10,612 bases of DNA from Geosiphon pyriformis uo1 (lineage: Eukaryota > Fungi > Glomeromycota): contig JAAOMT010000584.1 of the NCBI GenBank assembly GCA_016748015.1, positions 1 to 10,612 of the forward strand, read 5' to 3'. Of the stretch, positions 1 through 7,646 are shown one piece after another; position 1 is the first letter of the stretch; each line of letters begins with the position of its first letter. Below the pieces are notes generated by a model. That model had not been told where the DNA came from. It searched no databases and was given only the letters and a program-made list of their open reading frames with translations. Made by a program: the position numbers and the translations under genes.

Positions 1-269
1 AAAAATTCTGATCTTGTTTTTTTATTCTAACTTTTAACTGCTAATAATTTAAATACAAATCTAATACACGATGCTAATTAACACAAACTGATTGTGATTC
101 TTTCCCAAATTATTTGAAAATTTCTTTCTTCCTAGTATTTTTAAATAATCAATAGAATTAGGGAATAACTGATCAAAAATATTTATTTTGTTATTGATAA
201 GAAGAAAAGTTTTCATAAAAAAATGGTTGTCAAGTAAATAAAGTGAAGAAAAAATTCAAAAAAAATTTT

Positions 270-960
270 ATACAACCTGAATTGGCTATCAAAAGGAATT
301 CCTCAATAGATTTGAACCACTTGCTAATCAAAATTCAAATTTGTCTTTCACTTTGTCAAAACATGGGCTCAGTAAAGGTATGTGAAAAATCGTCAACTAT
401 TTCTTGTTAGTAGTAAATCTCTTCTTTGTGTAACATAGTCAGTTTTTGTCACAATAAAATTTGTGATTAGATTATCGAAATGTCATGATTTTGGTGTCTT
501 CACATATCATTAATCATGAGAAATTTGCAAACTTTATTTGACTTTAATTGACCTTGGTTAGTTTGCAATATTCCATGCTACATTTTCTAAAAACACTATA
601 ATAAACTGGCCACCACTTCTTATTCCGAATATTAAAGGACTTATATCAATACAAGATTTGTCTCTCTATATCTATCACAAAAGTGAATTTTTGAATATAG
701 ATCAGAAGATAGATTAGAAATAGGATTTAAAAAGCCTTTTCAAAATAAACCTTTTGGGTACTATTTAATATTTTCAAGATCTTTTCATATTGATTAGAAT
801 TTATTATTTACTCCTTCAGATCTGTGCAGCAACTGGTCAAGACTATAAAACTTTTACAGCCTATATACAACCATATTCCGTGAAATGTGTTGAATTTGAA
901 TCTTTAGAAAATGTAGTGCTGGTTCAAAACTTCAAATTGCCCACATTAGAATTAATTTTA
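270..960 (+). pseudogene. Possible heavily decayed spliced gene remnant, product unknown
   Basis: Three intron-like segments of locally typical size: 378-470 (AG|GTATGT..TAG), 557-637 (G|GTTAGT..AAG), 758-819 (GTAC..ccttCAG). Intervening pieces read protein-like (KEFLNRFEPLANQNSNLSFTLSKHGLSK; EYRSEDRLEIGFKKPFQNKPFG) but no continuous frame exists. Confidence 0.27.
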
Positions 961-1589
961 ATTTCCCTAAATATATATATACATGTAATATCAATGTTGC
1001 TCTAATTAACTAAAGCTAATAGATGTAAAATGTTATTCTTTTCTCAAAAATATGTGTGTGTATCTAAAATAAAAAGGTTAACCCGAATTGCAATGGATTA
1101 ACTTTACAGAATTCATATAAGTGCCTGATATAGAAGTTCTCATGAATCAGAGTAAAAAATTAGTGGATAGCAAGTAACGAAAATTTTTTATTTTGTAAAA
1201 ACAGATTACAAAAAACCGGAATATCTCATGACAAACAATGAATCCTATTCAATTTAATCCAAAAAACATTTTAGTTTTTGACCACCCTTAATATATGACC
1301 CTCAAGAATCGATGAAATTGTTTAATGAGTGTTATAAATCACCAAAAAATAATCTAAATAACAAAGTAAATCGATCTAGAATAGAGTGTCTGGATAGAAA
1401 TTTTATAATCACCGAAAAACTAGCTTTTATTGTGGTCAAATTTCCATTATTTGTGATTTTAGAAATTGGTTTGTTTGGATTTTCCAGCCAAATATCAATT
1501 AAATTATTTAAATTTTTCTCGAGTTTTGCAATATAAGTTTTGAATAAGTCCTTTGCTTGTTGAGAAACCCAAAATTTGAACATCAAATT

Positions 1590-2560
1590 TTTTATAAAAA
1601 AAGAATTTTTGTAAAGCTATTCAATTTAATTATTAACATAAAAAATTTTCAAAATAAAATATACTTTCTATAAATTAAAAATTTAATGACATTTTTAATT
1701 ATGAATTATTAATGCAACTTTTTTTGATATTTTTTTTCAGAAAGAAATTAACATAACCTGCTTTTTTTAATGCTTAAAAAGTTGTTTAAACAAGTTTCAA
1801 CAAAAATAATTAACTTTATGTTATTTACATAATTTATATTTTGTACAATTGATTAATTAAAATTAAAATTTTTAATTATTTGTAGTGGTGGTGAATATTA
1901 ATAGATTAAAATTATAGTGTTATTTTTATCTTGAACTTGGTTTATTATGAAGAGCAAATAAATAAAATATTTAATTTTTATTGGTGAAATTTTTTTTTGA
2001 GAAAAATAAAATAAATAAATATATTGAAGACAAGTTTCAAATAAATCTAATTTAATTTTTAAAATAATAATAAATTATGAAATTATTATTATCATAACAG
2101 ACATATAACGATATAAATAGTTAAAACTTTAATTCTCTTAAATATTATAAATTAAAGTTTATAATAATAATTTTCAATAAAAATTTATCAAAATAGAATT
2201 TTTTAATTAAATTATAAATCTTTTAAATAAAAAAATAATCTTTGTTTTACTTATAATTATAAATTATTAATTTAAAAATAAAAATTTATTAATCTAATTC
2301 ACAGCAATATTTTTAGGCAACAATCAATAAAATTTTAAATTTATAATACTCTTAGCACACCTTATAGCGTTTTAAAAAATAAAATTTGTTTTATATCAAA
2401 AAGTGGTTTAGAATAAATACAAATATTTCTTTGAATAAAAAAAGAAGAAAACAATATATAAAGTACATAATTTTTTATAACCTCTTGGCTATTAATAAAG
2501 GAAATATAGAAAATATTAAAATAATGTCCCATCTCAAAAAATATTTTTTCGAAGCTAATT
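1590..2560. other. Extremely AT-rich low-complexity tract
   Basis: Visibly depleted of G/C relative to its flanks, with many A/T runs and almost no CpG. Confidence 0.7.
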
Positions 2561-2740
2561 GCCATGATTTATTAGTCAATCAATCCAAGGAGAATAAATA
2601 TACCAAAAGCTTTTTCTTTTTTGTTTAACTAAAATATTCGCAAATCATTGAATTTATAGCAAAAAAAATTATTGGCTACCACTAATTATTTCTATTATCA
2701 TAATTTTTCAAAGCTTAAAATTCCCGAATTTACTAATTGG

Positions 2741-4138
2741 TTAGCAATTGCTCATTTCAACCCCAAAATAAGGCCATTATGAAATAAGTTGTCAGGAACT
2801 TTGTTTATTGATTGACCAGAATTACACTCTTAAAATAAAAAAACATTGTTTTTTAACACCTTTTTCTAATCTAATATAGATTATCACTAACCATATTCTC
2901 ATCAGAATACTGCGAATACAACCATTCTTCTCTTTGACTTGACATCAAATCAGAAGATTTACAATCCCAATACATATTTAGTTTCATCAGGACAATCACA
3001 ATTACTCAATGGCTCAATCCAAATTTCAGTACCAAAATCTCTCCTCCCCATTAAAGACACAGGAAAGTGCAGCTCATGATCATTTCCACGGGTAAAGCGG
3101 TGGTGAAGAATATTTTTGTTAAAATTATAGTGAAGATGCTCGTTTCCAACTCTCGGAGCTCCAAAAGTATAAATACCCTGCCCTATTCCGTTTAAATTAA
3201 TATTCGACCAAGTATTCATGTTTAGAATTTTATTTTTTGCAATTACCCACATAACTGCAGCAATGCAGGCATATGCTTATATATATATATATATAATTAA
3301 AAAAATAAATGATTCTTACTTCAAACTTTAAAATAAAAAATATTTAGGAAACTAACCTCCACCAAGACCATATCCTGTAAATATAATATCATACCATTCA
3401 GTTACTCTTGGGAATTGAATTAAAGATGATTGAATAGCTTGAATTAAAATATGAACTAATATTTTCACATCTTTCAATAATTTTGAGTCTACAAAAATTT
3501 TTTCGCCCAAATTTAGACCATTTTAAAACGAAGTAGGATTTGTTTTGACTTTCTTGAAGCCCATTCTTTTTTTGTTGATTTCTAATATTAATAAAGAAGC
3601 AATATTATCTCAAGTTTTTATTTGATTTAAAAATATTAAAGGGGTTGAGATAATTACTAGCCCCGCAAATACAATTAATAAAGCGCTATATTCCGATGTG
3701 GCTTGATAATATTGAATCTCCACTGATTAATAGTATTTGAAAGATTTATTAATTTCTTTAAGGAAACTTTCATTTAAGACTAATTTTTTTAGAAAATCAA
3801 AAATCTTAAATTTGTAAACCAGGCACTCTTAAACCGATTTTATTTAGACCGAATCGGTTAATGGCATTTATCATGAATACAATATCCGAGAAAACCTCTA
3901 AATCTTCATCATAAGTTAAAATTTGTCTCTTGGGTTGTGACTGTGAGCGTTTTTTGATTTGATTGATTTTTAGTAGGATATCAATTTGATTTATCCATTT
4001 AATCATTGTAGGAGAGGTGTAGTTTATATTTATACTTTTGAATTACTTTAGAGGCTATTCAAATACCGCTGTGGTTTTACATGCATCAAAAAATAAAAAA
4101 CTGATGCCATAAAAATTACAGTAATAATCTTGAATCAT
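2741..4138 (-). pseudogene. Class-3 lipase-like (alpha/beta hydrolase) pseudogene lacking the catalytic Ser
   Basis: Reconstructed exons ~4138-3820, 3722-3658, 3581-3357, 3275-2892, ~2829-2741. Motifs in order: ALLIVFAG (cf. IVVAFRGT), IIFTGYGLGG|AYACIAA (cf. VTGHSLGGA), IYTFGAPRVGN, RFTRGND, FGTEIWI, CDC..YWDC, ENM|ECNSGQS, FHNG(P)YFGVEMSNC*. Lesions: stops at 4057-4055 and 4045-4043, frameshift or stop near 3525, frameshifts near 2975 and 2772, and the last acceptor appears to read AA rather than AG at 2831-2830. The 5' start is approximate. Confidence 0.88.
3278..3295. repeat. (TA)9 microsatellite inside a lipase pseudogene intron
   Basis: tatatatatatatatata directly next to the minus-strand acceptor at 3276. 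Confidence 0.9.
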
Positions 4139-4770
4139 ACTTAATTATTAAAAGAGCCCGTTTTATTAATTTTCAAGAAGGATATAACAAAGTTTTATGG
4201 GATATTTTATAATTTTTTTTAAGATGCACAAAATAAAAATCCTATAAATTAAGCTTATTTGTTTTTTTGTAACATCTCATTTAAACAAAATAAAATAATA
4301 GGTAATATAATTATTAACTTTTTTTTGAAAATATTTTTCACCAATCACCTATCACACTATATCTTTTATATCAAAGAAGTTTTCAAAATTCTAATTTATA
4401 AACAAAATTATTATATATTTATTCCTTGTTATATTAACCTTTTATTTTAGATTTATCTAAAAATTTTTATAGATTTGAATATTTGTCACAAGAAATTCAT
4501 TTTTGTAGATTACAATAGAAAATAAATCGTTAATAAAACCAAATTTCCCTTCAATATATCTGCTCTCTTTTTTTTTCCCTTTCATTAGCCAAAAACTGCT
4601 AAAGATTTGAATTAATTCCTTATCAAATAGAAGCAGATGATAATAAATTTAACTCATGAACTTAGTCTTTTTCATTTGCAAATTTTAGCATAAGGCTTTT
4701 CTTAGAGGATTTTCAGCTAATCTCTTTTCTTGCTGGTAGAAATATTAATCTTTAGAATGCGAGTTTGTTC

Positions 4771-5292
4771 ATGAAAATATGATCTAAAAATAACACTCTC
4801 TACTTGATAATCTTCTTTAGCTTGCTGATTGAATCGTTTTTTTTTTCGACTTCGAAAAGAGTCGTCATTAAGAACTGGGAAGAAAAACGTTATATATTTA
4901 GTAGCTATGGTGAAAAATGGCATTTTTAAAATTATTTATCCAGTCAGTTGACTACTCTCTTGATATTTTGAGTTTTAATTAAAAACTAGAATTTTATTTT
5001 TCTTTACAGCATATGTGTCATTTAGCTTTGCTAACTTATAAGTCATGTCGAATCTTTAGTTTTATGCCGTATATGGGGCATGCTCTAACAAAACCAGACA
5101 AAGTGAAAAAGTAATTGTGATTGAAAGATATGTTATCTTGATTTTTTTGTCTGCTTCCTCTTAAGCATCCAGCATACCATCGTCGTGATTTCTGCTGTTA
5201 CCAAGATTGTTGGAATTAATCAGATAGAAGACATTCTACTTGAATTTCTTTCTTTCTTCCTTTCTTTCTTTCTTTCTCTAATTGTTGCTTAG
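4771..5292 (+). pseudogene. Possible 3-exon small gene or decayed small secreted protein gene
   Basis: Candidate introns 4943-5009 (GTCAGT...attttatttttctttacag) and 5111-5165 (GTAATT...cttcctcttaag). Frame from ATG 4771 gives a signal-like TLYLIIFFSLLIESFFF and ends HPAYHRRDFCCYQDCWN* at 5219 but has 4 internal stops. Frame from ATG 4907 is open for 87 aa to TAG 5292. No homology recognised. Confidence 0.35.
5245..5276 (+). repeat. Imperfect (TTTC)8 microsatellite
   Basis: tttctttctttcttcctttctttctttctttc. Confidence 0.9.
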
Positions 5293-6663
5293 TTTGTGCT
5301 CAATTATAATTTTAAACTACCACATAATAATGTCTGTAATGAAAATTTTTCTCAAATATATTTAAATATATCCAAGCCATTTTTGGCTGCGCCGAAGAGC
5401 ATTGATCAGTTAAAGACTAATACTATATTGCATAATTATCCCAATATTGAAAATAATGAAAGTTCTCCAAAGGATGACTAATACTGGAATTAACCTTACA
5501 CAAAAAAACACGAGAAATCTAGGTCTTATCATTGAAGTCACTCTTGGTATAATTAATCAAATATCTATAATATTTATTTTACAAATGATCAAAACTCAGG
5601 ATTTCAGCCACTTTTATCAATCACAGTTCTAAATCCTAATTTTAGCAACTGTGATTTAATTTTCAGAAATTTTCAGAAATTTATGAAGAGCAATGTATTT
5701 TAAAAGTTGGCTTTAACTTATTTTAATAATATAGGATTACATCAAACAAATTTTCTTTTTTTATTGTTCTCATCTCAAGAAAGAAGTTGTAGTAGGGGTC
5801 ATGTTAGTTTTGGTTTTTTTGGGATCAAATACGAATAGATTTGGATTTGTAGATTATTCTTCAATAAAAGAATTGGAAAAGAATTTTATAATTAGTGATT
5901 TTAAAAAAAATTAGCAGATTGATATTAGAGAAATTACAAAATTATAGAATTAAATAGAAATTTTAAACTTCTTTAATTCAAAAACTTAAGATTTACCATA
6001 TAAGACAACTACCGCTGGTTCCAAATATAATCATCCTATTTTCAGTTTGTACTGATGCTCTTTGCCATTTTTTTTCTTGCTTCGAAGAAGTCAATAGCTT
6101 AGTCGATGTATATAAGATAGTAAGATTATTGCATATGATGTTATTGGTTTTTGTCCAAGGAAATAAAATGAGTAGTGAATAAAGACTTTAAGATTTACTC
6201 CTAACTATCTGATAAATGACAATCTGTACTTTTTAAACTACTTATTATGATAAAAGTGAGTATAATCTGTGATGAAATCATATATATATATCCGAAACTA
6301 GTTTTTCAATGTATTAATAACAGATCTGTGTAGGCAATGATTATCCGGAACGCTGTTATTTCAAAAATCTTTTCAAGCTCCAAGTTTTTTTAAATACTCA
6401 ATTTGTTCCGTTTGTTGGTCGTTTGTTTGATGGTGGAAAACTCTTGGTAATTAAGATTTTAGGCATGCAAATAGAGGAACAAAGAAAAATTTTTTTTTAG
6501 ACTAAATCGAAATTAGAAATGAAACTCTTTATTATTTTCATTGAGATTGCTTTTTCAAGTTGGTTTAGAATTTTAAATCATCATCCAATTGTTTATAGAA
6601 GGAAATAAAATGAAAAGTGATTTAATTTCATTTAGAAAATAGAAGATTTTAATCAAAAAAAAG

Positions 6664-6691
6664 AATTAATTAATTAATTAATTAATTAATT
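6664..6691. repeat. (AATT)7 self-complementary microsatellite
   Basis: aattaattaattaattaattaattaatt, a perfect 28-nt palindrome. Confidence 0.92.
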
Positions 6692-6742
6692 TTCCAGATA
6701 AACAGATATTTTTCGTTGAAGATTACATTTTTAATCTAGTTT

Positions 6743-6765
6743 CAACAATAACAACAACAACAACA
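6743..6765 (+). repeat. Imperfect (CAA)n microsatellite
   Basis: caacaataacaacaacaacaaca. Confidence 0.85.
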
Positions 6766-7306
6766 GATATCAAATAAAAATAGATTTTTAACAATAAATA
6801 CAAAATAAGAATTAGGAAAATATCTGCGGAACATGTCACTTCTTGTGGATTAATTAAGAGATTAAACAAATAATTAAGAATATAATTTCAAGACTTAAAT
6901 AAAGAATATTAATGAAATAAATTAAGAAAAATAAAAAAAGTAAAAAGTATAAAAATAATTACAAAAAATAGAAGGTCAGATAGCTGATAGTGTATATATA
7001 GTTCATAGATTTTATTTTCACACCTTTTTGATAAATTAATTTTGTAAATTTCATGTTTTTGTTTATATTTAAAATTAACTGTATTTTACTATTATTACTT
7101 AAACCATAACATAATTATTTGATTAGTTTATTAATAATTGTGATCTATCAATAATTTAGTATTTTGCATCACCCTACGCCACGAAAGTTTCGAATGTTAT
7201 GATATGGGAATATTTTTCAGTAAATTAGATCTAAGCCTTCAATCTTTATAAAAAGAAATCCCGCCCAATTATTAAAAAAAAACTAAAAAGTTGTGTTCCC
7301 ATTTTT

Positions 7307-7322
7307 GGATGGATGGATGGAT
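7307..7322 (+). repeat. (GGAT)4 short tandem repeat
   Basis: ggatggatggatggat, about 330 nt upstream of ATG 7647. Confidence 0.8.
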
Positions 7323-7646
7323 CGGTGATTGATTCAATTCACTTAAATAGGTTAATTTTTATAAATTTTAACTCTCGCCTTGGTTAAATTCAAAAAGGGA
7401 TAATGACAAGGAATATTAAAGGTAATAGGAAAGATAGTTAGATTATTAGACTTGAGATCGATCTTTCATAGGGATTCTAATAATAAATATTTACAAAAAA
7501 AATTTCATGATATAAATGTCATTTTAGCTATATTTAAATTTTAAACTTTTCGATAATTTAAGTATTTAAGAGATTAAAAAACTTTGTGAGAATAGAAAAC
7601 AAATCCAAAAAAATATTTTACAAAGAAAAATAACCATTTTTTTAAT

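Noticed and set aside
1312-1586. Antiparallel ORFs of 74 and 84 aa
   Set aside because: No recognisable domain or supportable splice structure, and the coding strand cannot be chosen.
2362-2628. Overlapping ORFs 2362..2565 (-) and 2386..2628 (+)
   Set aside because: F/I/K/N/Y-rich translations typical of chance ORFs in AT-rich DNA; no motifs.
4259-4923. ORFs 4259..4450 (+) and 4717..4923 (-)
   Set aside because: Compositionally biased and motif-free; the second is antisense to the better-supported spliced candidate.
5296-5632. Two overlapping 61-aa + strand ORFs suggesting a frameshifted gene
   Set aside because: No family motif or convincing splice sites; could be a relic but is unsupported.
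1944-5693. Shared 13-mer ttatgaagagcaa near 1944 and 5681, and acaagtttcaa near 1790 and 2030
   Set aside because: Short AT-rich matches with no extended similarity; not credible as LTRs or target-site duplications.
7240-7520. TATAAA matches near 7247 and 7511 and CCGCCCAAT at 7261 as promoter elements
   Set aside because: TATA-like words are ubiquitous at this AT content and there is no TSS evidence.
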